This document shows, one piece after another, positions 45,758-56,150 of a stretch of 62,077 bases of DNA. Under the pieces are notes generated by a model, which was given only the letters and a program-made list of their open reading frames with translations, was not told the DNA's origin and ran no database searches. This DNA is from Patescibacteria group bacterium. Lineage in GTDB: Bacteria > Patescibacteriota > Minisyncoccia > Ryanbacterales > GWA2-47-10b. Position numbers and translations under genes: made by a program. The DNA lies in assembly GCA_038065475.1 (NCBI GenBank), contig JBBTQY010000010.1, forward strand, positions 72,415 to 134,491, given 5' to 3'. The first letter of the stretch is position 1. Every line of letters begins with the position of its first letter.

Positions 45758-45985
45758 ATGAATACAAATAACCTCGTCGCGGTTGCTAAAAATTCCCAAA
45801 CACGGGCTGTGGCAAAGACAATCACGTGGCGCATACTCGCCACGCTCATTACTGGAATTGTTGTCTATCTTTACACTGGTGAATTTGGCCAGGCAAGTAA
45901 AATTACGCTGACTGCCGCTCTGATTCTAACTGTGGCATATTATCTCCACGAAGAATTTTGGCAATGGATAAGAAGGAGGCGCTAG
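45758..45985 (+). CDS. DUF2061-like small membrane protein
   Basis: The internal ATG at 45758 gives MNTNNLV...RAVAKTITWRILATL..., which is typical of DUF2061. Confidence 0.68.
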   Translation: MNTNNLVAVAKNSQTRAVAKTITWRILATLITGIVVYLYTGEFGQASKITLTAALILTVAYYLHEEFWQWIRRRR

Positions 45986-46033
45986 CTCGTTGATTGCCCG
46001 GTTTCAAGCTGGCTGTGAGCCGTGGAAGTATAG

Positions 46034-46990
46034 TTAGAGATTTTCCTGATGTGCGATTTCTTCTTTGAATTTTTTGGTGGAGATATCATCATGTTCACTC
46101 GCGATATCTAGTTTCTCGAGGTGCCAGACCAAGAGAAAACCCATGATTCCAAGAATAATACTGGCAAGTAACTGCATGTTGGGTTCAGGAAGAATGTTGA
46201 CCATAGTAGCGAGATCAGCATGCGCCGCTTGCCATGGCCATACTTTGCGTAGCGACCCGAGCAACATGCCGATGAGAAACGCCATGACATTGCCATGGTA
46301 ATGTCGAAGTAGCCAGCTCAAGAGCCGGGCAAAAAGGGCGAGCCCCATTGCACCTCCAGCTGCCAGATAGATTAGGAGTGCGAAGTTTCGCTCGCTGATA
46401 GCCTCGATAACGTGCTGGTATTGACCAAGGATCACCATGATCAGAGAACCCGAAATGCCGGGCAAGATCATCGCACAAAACGCCACGGCTCCAGTTAAAA
46501 AGATGGCGAGGGGGGTGGGTGCAAAATTGAGTTGAGAGATTCCAATGACGGCATAGGTGATGAGGGCGCCAGCAAGGAGGAGCATGATGCGCGTCCAATC
46601 CCACCTCATGACGCGTTTTTTGATAATAGCAGCCGAGCCCAATACAAACCCAAAAAAGAGCGACCAGATAAGTGTAGGATAGTTTCCGAGCATATGGGTT
46701 ACCAGGCCCGCAAAACCAAACGCTGCAGTGGCAATGCCCGCAAAGAGGAGTCCTAAAAACCGCAGGGGAAGCGCCTGAAATGCTTCTCGCATTTTGCCTT
46801 TGAAAAGCAGACTGAGAAAAACGCCCGTTGCCTGCTTGATGCTAAAGAGAAGTTCATCATAGATACCATAGAGGAACGCAATGGTGCCCCCTGACACGCC
46901 GGGTACAAGGTCAGCGATACCCATAGAAAAGCCCGTAAAGAGAAGACGGGCATCTTTGCGAAAACCTGCAGTTTGCTTTTTTTGAGTCAT
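46034..46990 (-). CDS. DUF368-family membrane protein (putative undecaprenyl-phosphate translocase family)
   Basis: ADLVPGVSGGTIAFLYGIYDEL, repeated as LPGISGSLIMVILG. Confidence 0.83.
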   Translation of the reverse strand: MTQKKQTAGFRKDARLLFTGFSMGIADLVPGVSGGTIAFLYGIYDELLFSIKQATGVFLSLLFKGKMREAFQALPLRFLGLLFAGIATAAFGFAGLVTHMLGNYPTLIWSLFFGFVLGSAAIIKKRVMRWDWTRIMLLLAGALITYAVIGISQLNFAPTPLAIFLTGAVAFCAMILPGISGSLIMVILGQYQHVIEAISERNFALLIYLAAGGAMGLALFARLLSWLLRHYHGNVMAFLIGMLLGSLRKVWPWQAAHADLATMVNILPEPNMQLLASIILGIMGFLLVWHLEKLDIASEHDDISTKKFKEEIAHQENL

Positions 46991-47173
46991 GGGTTCATCG
47001 TACCCGATTCTTTGTGAATGTGAAGCTTTTTACTTTCAAGGGTAGTGACCATAGAGGTATACTACACATATTGTTGACGGTGGGGATTTCCAAAAGAGGA
47101 TAATAATGAGAAGCCCGTTATCAAAAGAGTTTATCTTTGTCACCTTTGTGCAAATTTGTTAGGGTAACCATAC

Positions 47174-47299
47174 ATGATATTCACCACCACGGAATATATC
47201 CTTGGCAAAGAAACAAAAGAGATTCGCGCAATCATATATTTTGCTGTGCGACGTAAAAAAATTAAGAAGATTGAAACTTTCGAAAGGCGAGACAACTAA
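47174..47299 (+). pseudogene. Possible truncated YbjQ/UPF0145-like fragment
   Basis: The 41-aa ORF MIFTTTEYILGKETKEIRAII... matches only the N-terminal pattern of YbjQ-like proteins, which are about 105 aa. Confidence 0.3.
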
Positions 47300-47311
47300 T
47301 TTTTCATACAA

Positions 47312-48709
47312 ATGATTCAAAATAATTCTCCCTGGCTCCAACAACTGAAACGTACGCGTCCTGCAGCGACACTTTTAGATGATATAGAGACAGATATAGC
47401 CATTGTCGGTGGAGGAATAGCTGGCGTAGCGACTGCATACTATTTAATTAAAAACACAAAAAAGAATATTGTGCTCGTTGAGGCAGATCGCATTGCGCAT
47501 GGCGCAACGGGGCACAACGCGGGTCAGCTTGCTTCCTATTTTGAGCGACCATTTTCAGAATTGGTGGGAGAGTTTGGGCTTGAGCTTGCAGCTGATGGTC
47601 AGCGCGCGATCGAATCGGCATGGACCTTGCTCGATGAAATATTTGCAGAGGCCCGCCTTCGTACGCCTATGTGGCAGTTTACCGGATATGCGGCGAGCAG
47701 GGATATCGAAGAGATCTTGGTGCATTTAAAAAATAATGCATATCGCCTAAAGGCCGGTCTCAACCCCGAACTGATTATGATTGCCGAAGAGTCTAGTGAG
47801 GTGACAAAAATACCTTCGATGTATCAGGCACTGTACACGCTCGTGCCGCAAAAAGATATTTTGGCGCTTCTTGAATCGCGCGATGTACGCCATATCGCCG
47901 CATTGCCCATACGGAAGGGGTGTATGAATAGCGCGCTTTTTTCAGAAGAAGTTATCGGGTATTTGCTGGCGCAATATGCAAATCGGTTTATGCTCGCAGA
48001 ACATGCGCCGGTAGAGAGGCTTGTGCTTTACAAAGATGTAGCGCTTCTTGAAGTTTGTGGTGATGTTAAAATAACGGCGCGCAACGTCATTCTATGTACA
48101 AATGGTTTTGAAAAAATAAAGATACTCAATACGCTTGGTAGCGATATTGATACAAAATTTCATCATCTGGTAAGGGGGGCGGTAGGGTATATGGCAGGAT
48201 ATTTGGAAGAGTTTGATAAATCACCGATAGCAATCAGTTATTTGCCCGAGTTGCAAAAGACGGGAGATGCATTTCAGTCTCAACCATATTTTTATCTCAC
48301 GCGCCGACCCTATGAGGGTGAATCGCATGAGCGGCATAACTTGGTTTGTGTGGGTGGGCCCGAAAGTCTGATGGATGACACAAATGGTTATTCAAAATCT
48401 CATCCGTATTCAGATGAGGCACAAGAGCAAATAGATCAGTTTTTACATACAACCTATGCGCACGCTCCAACCAGCAAGATTGACTACAAGTTTCGTTGGC
48501 ACGGCTTGATGGGCTATACGCCTACCGGTGTGCGTTGTATTGGCCCCGAGCCATCTAACCCCGTTCTCTATTATAATCTTGGTTGCAATGGTGTTGGCTT
48601 GCTTCATTCAATTTATGGTGGCAAGAGAATCTCGCGGTATATGGCGGGGGAGCATGTAGAACCTTCTATATTTGATCCAAAAGATAGGCTTCAAGAGACG
48701 AAATTTTAG
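47312..48709 (+). CDS. FAD-dependent oxidoreductase (DAO family)
   Basis: Dinucleotide-binding motif IAIVGGGIAGVATAYYL. Confidence 0.85.
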   Translation: MIQNNSPWLQQLKRTRPAATLLDDIETDIAIVGGGIAGVATAYYLIKNTKKNIVLVEADRIAHGATGHNAGQLASYFERPFSELVGEFGLELAADGQRAIESAWTLLDEIFAEARLRTPMWQFTGYAASRDIEEILVHLKNNAYRLKAGLNPELIMIAEESSEVTKIPSMYQALYTLVPQKDILALLESRDVRHIAALPIRKGCMNSALFSEEVIGYLLAQYANRFMLAEHAPVERLVLYKDVALLEVCGDVKITARNVILCTNGFEKIKILNTLGSDIDTKFHHLVRGAVGYMAGYLEEFDKSPIAISYLPELQKTGDAFQSQPYFYLTRRPYEGESHERHNLVCVGGPESLMDDTNGYSKSHPYSDEAQEQIDQFLHTTYAHAPTSKIDYKFRWHGLMGYTPTGVRCIGPEPSNPVLYYNLGCNGVGLLHSIYGGKRISRYMAGEHVEPSIFDPKDRLQETKF

Positions 48710-48782
48710 TATGCTGGTAATATTCTATAATTATCGCCAATGACTTCTATACAGAGCTAGCGCGTTATCATAGAGTACCTAT

Positions 48783-50570
48783 ATGCGGGCATTTACATCC
48801 TTCCAGCAAATAACTCATAAGGCGCAAGCGGTAATCACAAGGTTTCCGCTTGCCATGGCGGCTGCTTTTGCCAGCACGGGTATAGGCATCGTGCTTGTTC
48901 ATGCTGATGAGCCGTCTTCCTATATTCGCATTCTTTTAGTGCTCGCGCTCGGGTTCCCGCTTTTTGTAGCACTCACGTTTCTCGGCGAAGATCGGCAATT
49001 TGAAAAAGATAAAAAAATTCTCGCAAATGGTGCTGCGATTATTTTTCTTGGGGCGTATTATCTTTTACTCCCACCTGATATAGAGCGTGCGGAAGAGTCA
49101 TTTATCATCCGTTATATACTGTGGGCGGCCGGATTTGTATTCCTCGTAACCTTTGTTCCATTTTTGAAAAAAGGAAGAGATAGTATCATTCGAGCATTTT
49201 GGCAATTTAACAAAGTACTTGTTTACTCGGCTATACTCACGGGGGTATGGGCGGGGGCGCTGCAGGCGGGGATTTCTATCGCACTTGCCTCAATCGATTT
49301 TCTTTTCAAGATCGATATTCCAGACGAACGCTATCTCGAGCTTTGGATTATAATCGTAGGTATCTTTAGCACGATATTTTTTCTCTCGCGAATACCGCGC
49401 AGTTTTCAGCATACGTTTGAGACAGAAAAATATCCGGAAGAGCTGCGTTTATTTTCAACTTATGTGCTTGTTCCGCTTGTAGCGCTTTATTTTCTTATCT
49501 TGTATGCATATGTGGTGAGGATCTTGGTGATGTGGGAGTGGCCCGAAGGTACTCTTGCGTACATGATTTTAGGATTTTCATTGCTTGGCATTTTAGTATA
49601 CGCATGTTTGTATCCTTTGCGCGAAAAGTTTTCCTGGGTACGAAAGATGGGTACTATTTTTTACCTCGCACTGATCCCTCAGGTGGGCATGTTGTTTTGG
49701 ACGCTCTGGTTCCGTATCTCTCAGTACGGATTTACCGAAAATCGATATTTCATTTTTGTCTTCGGCCTCTGGCTTTTGGCGATGGCACTGTATTTTCTGA
49801 TCAGTACCAAAAAAGATATTCGTGTCATCCCTATGACGCTGTTTGGTATAGCACTTCTTTCATCTTTTGGTCCGTGGGGGGCGCTTAGGGTATCGGCGCG
49901 CAGCCAAACAAGTCGTCTTGAGACATTGCTCGTAAAAAACAATGTACTGGTAGACGGTAAAGTACAAAAATTGACCAAAGAAGTTTCGTTTGATGACAGA
50001 AAAGAGATTAGCGCTATTCTTGCGTATCTCAATAGAACGCACGGCCTTGAGAGCATTCAGCGATGGTTTAGTGTTGATCTCTCCGCGCTCGATGAAGAGC
50101 GAGATCCGCTTCCTCAAAAGGTGGTAAAAGAGTTTTTTGGCATAGAGTATGTAGACGAATGGGAGGGTGGTAACGCGCCGGGTGAATATTTTTATTTCGC
50201 AGGCGAATATTCTGACTCGCCGCTGTTTGATATATCAGACTATGATTACCTGACAAGATTTGCTGGCACGATAAAAGCTACGACAGAGATTGAGGGCGTT
50301 AACTATGTCTTTGAGATTGATAATACCAAAGGAGCTTTTGTGTTGCGAAGGGCAAGCGATGTTCTTGCCGAGGTTGATATGAAGTCTTTTCTCGATATTC
50401 TTACCGAAGAGGGCGGGAGAAAAAATATTGACCAAAATAAAATGAGGCTCGAATTTGAGAATCAGGCTATATCTTTTATGTTGTACTTGGGCCACGTTGG
50501 TGGTCAGCGGGGCGAGGGCGGTACCTATCAAATTGAGTCTCTTGATGGGATGTTGGTATTCTCGCTGTGA
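48783..50570 (+). CDS. DUF4153-like polytopic membrane protein
   Basis: About 10 TM helices followed by a soluble C-terminal domain. Confidence 0.65.
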   Translation: MRAFTSFQQITHKAQAVITRFPLAMAAAFASTGIGIVLVHADEPSSYIRILLVLALGFPLFVALTFLGEDRQFEKDKKILANGAAIIFLGAYYLLLPPDIERAEESFIIRYILWAAGFVFLVTFVPFLKKGRDSIIRAFWQFNKVLVYSAILTGVWAGALQAGISIALASIDFLFKIDIPDERYLELWIIIVGIFSTIFFLSRIPRSFQHTFETEKYPEELRLFSTYVLVPLVALYFLILYAYVVRILVMWEWPEGTLAYMILGFSLLGILVYACLYPLREKFSWVRKMGTIFYLALIPQVGMLFWTLWFRISQYGFTENRYFIFVFGLWLLAMALYFLISTKKDIRVIPMTLFGIALLSSFGPWGALRVSARSQTSRLETLLVKNNVLVDGKVQKLTKEVSFDDRKEISAILAYLNRTHGLESIQRWFSVDLSALDEERDPLPQKVVKEFFGIEYVDEWEGGNAPGEYFYFAGEYSDSPLFDISDYDYLTRFAGTIKATTEIEGVNYVFEIDNTKGAFVLRRASDVLAEVDMKSFLDILTEEGGRKNIDQNKMRLEFENQAISFMLYLGHVGGQRGEGGTYQIESLDGMLVFSL

Positions 50571-50585
50571 TAAGATAGATCAAAG

Positions 50586-52511
50586 ATGGAAAAACCGTTT
50601 CTCAGTTTAGCTATAAAAAATCCACGGTGGTTTGCTCAAAATACCGATGCAGTTCTAAAAACTGCAGAAAAAGAGTTGTTGGTAATCGCGAAGCTGCCCA
50701 GCAAAGAGAAGCGTACGGTGGCAAACGTGCTGGAGCCCTTCGGTCGAGCCACTGCAATCATAGGTGAGATGCAAAGTAAGGCGCATTTTTTTGCCGCCGT
50801 TCATCCTGATCCCAAGGTCAGGAAAGCTGCCGAGAGATCGGTCGAAAAACTTTCCCGATTTTCTTCAGCATTGTATTTACGCCGTGATCTCTATGAGGCC
50901 ATAAAAAATGTTCCCGAAATCGATTTAGATAAAGAAACAAAGCGGTTTCGTCAAAAAGAACTTTTAGCCTTTACATTGACCGGTATCGAAAAGCCCCCTT
51001 CAATACGCCGCGAAATAAAAAAATTAATGGATAAAGCCGTTAAGCTCGGTCAGGCTTTTGATAGAAATATTCGTGAGGATGTGCGCTTTCTTGAATTTCC
51101 CGCAGCCGATTTGGAAGGTTTGCCCGAAGATTATCGCAAGGCCCACAAGCCCGATAAAAAGGGAATGGTTCGCGTTTCAACGCAATATCCAGATTATTAT
51201 CCTTGTATGCAGTATGCAGTAAATGGTGAAGCTAGGCGAAAACTTAGCTTTCTTTCAAATAATCGGGGGTGGCCGAAAAACGAAAGGATTTTTAAAGATT
51301 TACTAGATACTCGCCGTCGACAAGCAGTGCTCATAGGTTATGCAAATTGGGCAGACTACATAACCGCTGACAAGATGACCGGTTCAGCAAAAGTAGTACG
51401 GCGATTTATCAACGAACTGGCGACGGTGGTCAAAAAAACATCAGAACGAGATTTTAAGCTTTTGCTCGAGCGAAAAAAGAAAGATCAACCAAATGCAGTA
51501 TCGTTAGATGTCTGGGATACGGCTTATTATGAAGACCTTGCTATCAAAGAACGTATCGGTCTTGATACACAAGAAGTAAGAGCTTACTTTTCGTTTGAGC
51601 GTGTAGAACGCGGCATCTTGGAGATAACTGCGCGCCTGTTTGGGTTGTCATATCGTCGCGTAGTATTGCCAACGTGGCACAAGGAAGTGAAAGCGTTCGA
51701 TGTATATCGTGGGAAAAAATTGATTGGCCGCATCTATTTTGATCTCCACCCCAGAAAGGGTAAATATGGCCACGCTGCCTGTTTTGATCTTCGTCCGGGT
51801 ATTCGCGGTGTTCAGCTCCCCGAGGCATCGCTTGTATGTAATTTTTCGAAGGGACTTATGACTCATGATGAAGTGACGACGTTTCTCCATGAATTTGGGC
51901 ATCTTCTCCATTGGATCTTGGGTGGAGATCAGAGGTGGGCGCGCTTTAACGGATTCGGTACCGAGTGGGATTTTGTAGAGGCTCCCTCACAAATGCTTGA
52001 AGCATGGGCGCTTGATTACAAGACGCTCAAACAATTTGCATGCCACCATAAAACTCGCCAGCCTATTCCAGAGGCCCTTGTGAAAAATATGCAAAAAGCA
52101 GATAAGTTTGGTCGAGGTATATGGGTGCGGCGTCAAAATTTTCTTTCAGCATTGTCATTGCAATATCATGAGGAGCGGCATCCGAAGCGCGTCGATTTAT
52201 ATAATATTGTGCAACGGGTTGGTAAAAAATATCATGTCCAGCAGTATCCTCGCGGAATGTATTTCTATACAAGCTTCGGGCATCTCAATGGATATTCCGC
52301 ATTGTACTACACCTATATATGGTCTCGAGCAATCGCAGAAGATATGCTGTCCGTCTTTAGGCGCAAGGGTATGTATGACAAAAAAACCGCGCGCCGTTAT
52401 CTTGAGAAAGTTCTTGCGCCCGGCGGATCAGAAGACGCTCATCAGTTGATTCGCAATTTTCTGGGGCGAGATTGGGATCTCGGCGCTTTTCACGCGTGGA
52501 TAGATAAATAA
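50586..52511 (+). CDS. M3-family zinc metallopeptidase (oligopeptidase A / thimet-like)
   Basis: HEFGHLLH zinc motif with a downstream E. Confidence 0.9.
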   Translation: MEKPFLSLAIKNPRWFAQNTDAVLKTAEKELLVIAKLPSKEKRTVANVLEPFGRATAIIGEMQSKAHFFAAVHPDPKVRKAAERSVEKLSRFSSALYLRRDLYEAIKNVPEIDLDKETKRFRQKELLAFTLTGIEKPPSIRREIKKLMDKAVKLGQAFDRNIREDVRFLEFPAADLEGLPEDYRKAHKPDKKGMVRVSTQYPDYYPCMQYAVNGEARRKLSFLSNNRGWPKNERIFKDLLDTRRRQAVLIGYANWADYITADKMTGSAKVVRRFINELATVVKKTSERDFKLLLERKKKDQPNAVSLDVWDTAYYEDLAIKERIGLDTQEVRAYFSFERVERGILEITARLFGLSYRRVVLPTWHKEVKAFDVYRGKKLIGRIYFDLHPRKGKYGHAACFDLRPGIRGVQLPEASLVCNFSKGLMTHDEVTTFLHEFGHLLHWILGGDQRWARFNGFGTEWDFVEAPSQMLEAWALDYKTLKQFACHHKTRQPIPEALVKNMQKADKFGRGIWVRRQNFLSALSLQYHEERHPKRVDLYNIVQRVGKKYHVQQYPRGMYFYTSFGHLNGYSALYYTYIWSRAIAEDMLSVFRRKGMYDKKTARRYLEKVLAPGGSEDAHQLIRNFLGRDWDLGAFHAWIDK

Positions 52512-52562
52512 TAATTTTTGGCGCAAAGACAAAAATTTTGTTTTTATTATATACTCAACTAT

Positions 52563-53249
52563 ATGAATACCGAATCTTCACCAAAGCTTTTAAATGATGA
52601 TGGCACTGCCTCTATGGCAACCATGCTTTTACTTTCGCATCACGCATTTCGTCGAGATATTATGCGGTTGATTCGTGCCGTTGCAGAAATAAAAACCGGC
52701 AACAGCTCGCGTGCCGACGCCGTGCGTAGCGAATGGGAAAAGAGTTATCGGCAAGCGTTGCATGGCCATCATACGATGGAAGATGCAAATATTTTCCCCG
52801 ATATCAAAGGCAAGCATCCCGATTTGGCATCTGCTATCGATACACTAACCCAACAGCATCACAAGATTGATCCTGTACTCGAAAGGGGCGATGCGGCCTT
52901 TGCCGATCTTGCGCATCCTGAGAGCGCTGAAACCGTATTGAGTGAATTAAAAACACTTCTCGATAAGCACTTGGCTTTTGAAGAGTCTCAAATTACTCCG
53001 TTTCTGCGCGATAGCAAAACATTTCCTGTGCCAGCTGATGATGCAGTAGCGGCTATGTATGCTCAGGGTTTTGCGTGGAGTATGCAAGGCATTGATCCTA
53101 AAGTACTTGATGAAGTACGAAAATTATTGCCAGAAATATTGCTTAAAAAACTTCCCGCCGCTCAAGCTGAGTTTGAGGCGCGCTCAGAGCGTACATGGGG
53201 GACGTATACAGTTGGCTCGGCCGTGACGCCAATCCCAGAAGGATATTGA
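52563..53249 (+). CDS. Hemerythrin-like (HHE cation-binding) domain protein
   Basis: SHHAFRRDI, HHTMEDANIFP and QHHKID. ATG at 52563, with TATACT at 52549-52554 just upstream, so the mRNA is possibly leaderless. Confidence 0.68.
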   Translation: MNTESSPKLLNDDGTASMATMLLLSHHAFRRDIMRLIRAVAEIKTGNSSRADAVRSEWEKSYRQALHGHHTMEDANIFPDIKGKHPDLASAIDTLTQQHHKIDPVLERGDAAFADLAHPESAETVLSELKTLLDKHLAFEESQITPFLRDSKTFPVPADDAVAAMYAQGFAWSMQGIDPKVLDEVRKLLPEILLKKLPAAQAEFEARSERTWGTYTVGSAVTPIPEGY

Positions 53250-53265
53250 TATCTATATAAACTAC

Positions 53266-53676
53266 ATGGCTGCTGTAGATAAGGGTTCTAAAATGCCAGC
53301 AGATCTTCGGCAAATACTCGCGACTACACCAAAAGCTATGGTTGTGTGGCAGAGTCTCACGCCAATCGCGCGGCGCGATTGGATTAGCTGGATAGATTCA
53401 GCTAAGCAGCTCGAGACACGTCGTCGCCGAGTCCAAAGTATTCCGTCGCGCCTTGCGTCAGGCAAGCGTCGCCCGTGCTGCTATGCATTGGTGCCGATGA
53501 ACCTATATAAAGCGCTGGGCGCAAACCCTAAGGCGAAAGCGGCATGGGGGAGTCTCACTCCCGATGAGCGTAGGGATTTTGTTAGCTGGATTGATATAGT
53601 TAAAGAATCAGAGGCGCGCGGGGTGCGTATTGTGAAAGTTTGTGCAATGCTTGTAGCGGGGAAGAGACACCCCTAA
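53266..53676 (+). CDS. YdeI/OmpD-associated family protein (duplicated domain)
   Basis: WQSLTPIARRDWISWIDSAK...RRRR is repeated as WGSLTPDERRDFVSWIDIVK. Confidence 0.72.
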   Translation: MAAVDKGSKMPADLRQILATTPKAMVVWQSLTPIARRDWISWIDSAKQLETRRRRVQSIPSRLASGKRRPCCYALVPMNLYKALGANPKAKAAWGSLTPDERRDFVSWIDIVKESEARGVRIVKVCAMLVAGKRHP

Positions 53677-53698
53677 TCTTTTTTGTTACAATGATGTC

Positions 53699-54502
53699 AT
53701 GAGTACAAAACTTCTTTTGGTATTGGGCGTTGTTCTTATCATCCTTGCTGGTGCATGGTCTGCATACGATGCTGGTTATTTTGGCGATGATCGTATGAAA
53801 AACGCAGAGATAATGAAGACGGGGAGTGATATCAAAATCACGACCCAAGACAATGTCGAATATTTTGCTGGTGCAAAAGGTTATTTTGCAAGACCCGAGG
53901 CCCCGGGTAATTATCCGGGTGTCGTTATGATTCATGAAAATAGAGGTTTACGCCCTGAGATTCGCGAGACCGCAGAAACTCTTGCCAAAGAAGGATACTT
54001 AGTGCTCGCAGTAGATCTTTTGGGTGGAGTTGCAGAAGATCAAACAGGTGCACGCGCGCTCACATCAAAATTTAAGCAAGACGTTGGTGTCGCAAACATG
54101 AAGGCGGCTGCCGCGTATCTTCGCGCTCAGGGCGCGCAAAAAATTGCCTCACTCGGTTGGTGCTTTGGTGGTAGGCAATCGGTTGAGCTTGCGATTTCCG
54201 GTGAGCCACTTGATGCTACGGTTGTTTATTATGGTGGCGGCATGGCCAGTACCACGGCACAGTTAGCTCCTATCCGCTGGCCAGTACTCGGTATCTTCGG
54301 TGATAAAGATCAGGCGATACCAGTCGAGATGGTGCGTACGTTTGAATCGTCACTCAACACGCTTGGCGTTAAAAATGAAATTCATATCTATCCGGGGGTG
54401 GGGCATGCGTTCGCTAACCCGTCGGGTATGAACTATGCTCCAAACGAGACGAAAGATGCGTGGGCAAAAACGCTCGCGTTTCTCAATGCGTCTTTGAAGT
54501 AA
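53699..54502 (+). CDS. Dienelactone hydrolase family protein (membrane-anchored)
   Basis: VMIHENRGL, the nucleophile elbow GWCFGG, and GVGHAF. Confidence 0.85.
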   Translation: MSTKLLLVLGVVLIILAGAWSAYDAGYFGDDRMKNAEIMKTGSDIKITTQDNVEYFAGAKGYFARPEAPGNYPGVVMIHENRGLRPEIRETAETLAKEGYLVLAVDLLGGVAEDQTGARALTSKFKQDVGVANMKAAAAYLRAQGAQKIASLGWCFGGRQSVELAISGEPLDATVVYYGGGMASTTAQLAPIRWPVLGIFGDKDQAIPVEMVRTFESSLNTLGVKNEIHIYPGVGHAFANPSGMNYAPNETKDAWAKTLAFLNASLK

Positions 54503-54518
54503 CTTTCTCTGCTAAGCT

Positions 54519-55991
54519 TTATTTCAAAACGTTCCAAATACCCGGATCTTGGCCACCGTCAAATTTAAAGATGGCGACTCCGCGTACACCAAGCTTGCGT
54601 GCGAGTGCTACTTTGTCAGCGACCGCTTTTGCGTCGCTCCATGAAAGATAGTTGAAAGACTGCCCGGCGCTTGTCTGCGCATTTGCATTTTGTACAACGG
54701 CAGAAGGTGTGATGGTTTGTTGCGTTTGTGTTGATTCGTTTGCGTTGGGTGCTACTGCCGCAAGAACTTTTGGATCATAGCTAAAACCAATCTCGCCGGC
54801 ATTGTTGCGCATTGGCGTGATACCAAGCTGCGTAGCGATATCGGTCGCGTATTTTAGATTAAAGGGCCACAGTACTTTGTATTGGTAGCTACCACCTGGT
54901 GTTTGTGTCACGGTATATTCGTAGCCGTAGGTGGGGATGCCGATGATCAACTTATTTCTATCGATTGTTTGCGCAGCCAGCGTGACCAGGCTTTCAACCC
55001 AGTCAGGATCAGCGACTGGTGCGTAGGGTGCTGTGCGAATAGCATTGAGGCGTAGATCGATAACGCCCTGATCATAGGCCATGATCTCAACGCGATCGCA
55101 GTATTTGTTGAGTTCGACGAAATCATTTGCGTAGTCGGTGGCATCGGGCGGGATATTGGCACCGGGCTGGTAGCGGTTCTCAAGCGGCATGCGTGCCTCA
55201 ATGGTGCAGTAGACCCACTTGTTGCCCATGCGCGCATAGAGCCCCTTGAGAAAGGTAGAGAAATGAGTGATCGTCTCGTGATGTTTTGCCTCAAAATCTA
55301 TATCAATACCGTCAAAATTATTTTGCTTTACCACGTTTGCTATTTCATTTTCTAGTGCGATGCGTTTGGCCGGATCGCTCAATGTTTTGTGTATCAAGTC
55401 ACCATTACCCCACATGACGGTGGGTATAACTCTGACTTTTTGTTGTTTTGCTAGTTTGATAAAACTTGTCCAAGGCTCTTGGGTAATTTTTGCGGTATCG
55501 GCGAGCGTGCCATCATTTTTCATGGTATATCCAAACGGCATGACGCTTGTAAGTTGCGAGAGATGGGGGATGACATCTGCGGTACCGGTTGCGGTACGCC
55601 AGTAGGGGATCCATCCTGAAAATTCAAATGCACCTGTGGCACGAGGTGTGAGTTTGTTTGGGTTGATTGAGGCAGGATTGTCAGAGGCAGCGCCTACTGA
55701 TACAAGAGCCATCTGTGTTTTAGGACCCACCATTCCATAGCCGGTGCTTATACCACCCTCGCAGATTATTTTACGATCACATTGAAATTTTCTTACCGCA
55801 GCTTCGGTGAGTGGTCCAAAATAGCCCGTTGCTTTTCCCGCAGCAAGATATCCTTTTACTATGAGCGTTGTCTGTATGTTCTTTACGTCATTGCCAGATG
55901 TGCCGAGCGAGAGTGAGCGAGAGGCGGCAAAGGTTCCCGCGGGTAGCAAGAAGAGTAGAAGAAAAGACAAAAGAAAAGTAGTATGTTTCAT
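54519..55991 (-). CDS. Secreted peptidoglycan-binding domain + GH18 glycoside hydrolase
   Basis: Signal peptide, PG_binding_1-like segment (GNDVKNIQTTLIVKGYL) and the GH18 catalytic motif FDGIDIDFE. Confidence 0.85.
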   Translation of the reverse strand: MKHTTFLLSFLLLFLLPAGTFAASRSLSLGTSGNDVKNIQTTLIVKGYLAAGKATGYFGPLTEAAVRKFQCDRKIICEGGISTGYGMVGPKTQMALVSVGAASDNPASINPNKLTPRATGAFEFSGWIPYWRTATGTADVIPHLSQLTSVMPFGYTMKNDGTLADTAKITQEPWTSFIKLAKQQKVRVIPTVMWGNGDLIHKTLSDPAKRIALENEIANVVKQNNFDGIDIDFEAKHHETITHFSTFLKGLYARMGNKWVYCTIEARMPLENRYQPGANIPPDATDYANDFVELNKYCDRVEIMAYDQGVIDLRLNAIRTAPYAPVADPDWVESLVTLAAQTIDRNKLIIGIPTYGYEYTVTQTPGGSYQYKVLWPFNLKYATDIATQLGITPMRNNAGEIGFSYDPKVLAAVAPNANESTQTQQTITPSAVVQNANAQTSAGQSFNYLSWSDAKAVADKVALARKLGVRGVAIFKFDGGQDPGIWNVLK

Positions 55992-56105
55992 TTATATATA
56001 GTAGCAGATTTTATATAATTAACGTTTTGGAAGGGGGTTCTGTCACTCCTTTTGTGGCCATATTATCTCGGCGTTTTTGCCAGAGGGTTTATATAATTCC
56101 AATCT

Positions 56106-56141
56106 AAAATAAAAAGAGAGTCTGTACTGTTACAGACTCTC
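56106..56141 (-). terminator. Intrinsic terminator of the P-loop gene
   Basis: Minus strand: GAGAGTCTGTA-ACAG-TACAGACTCTC followed by TTTTTATTTT. Confidence 0.75.
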
Positions 56142-56150
56142 GTGAGGTAC

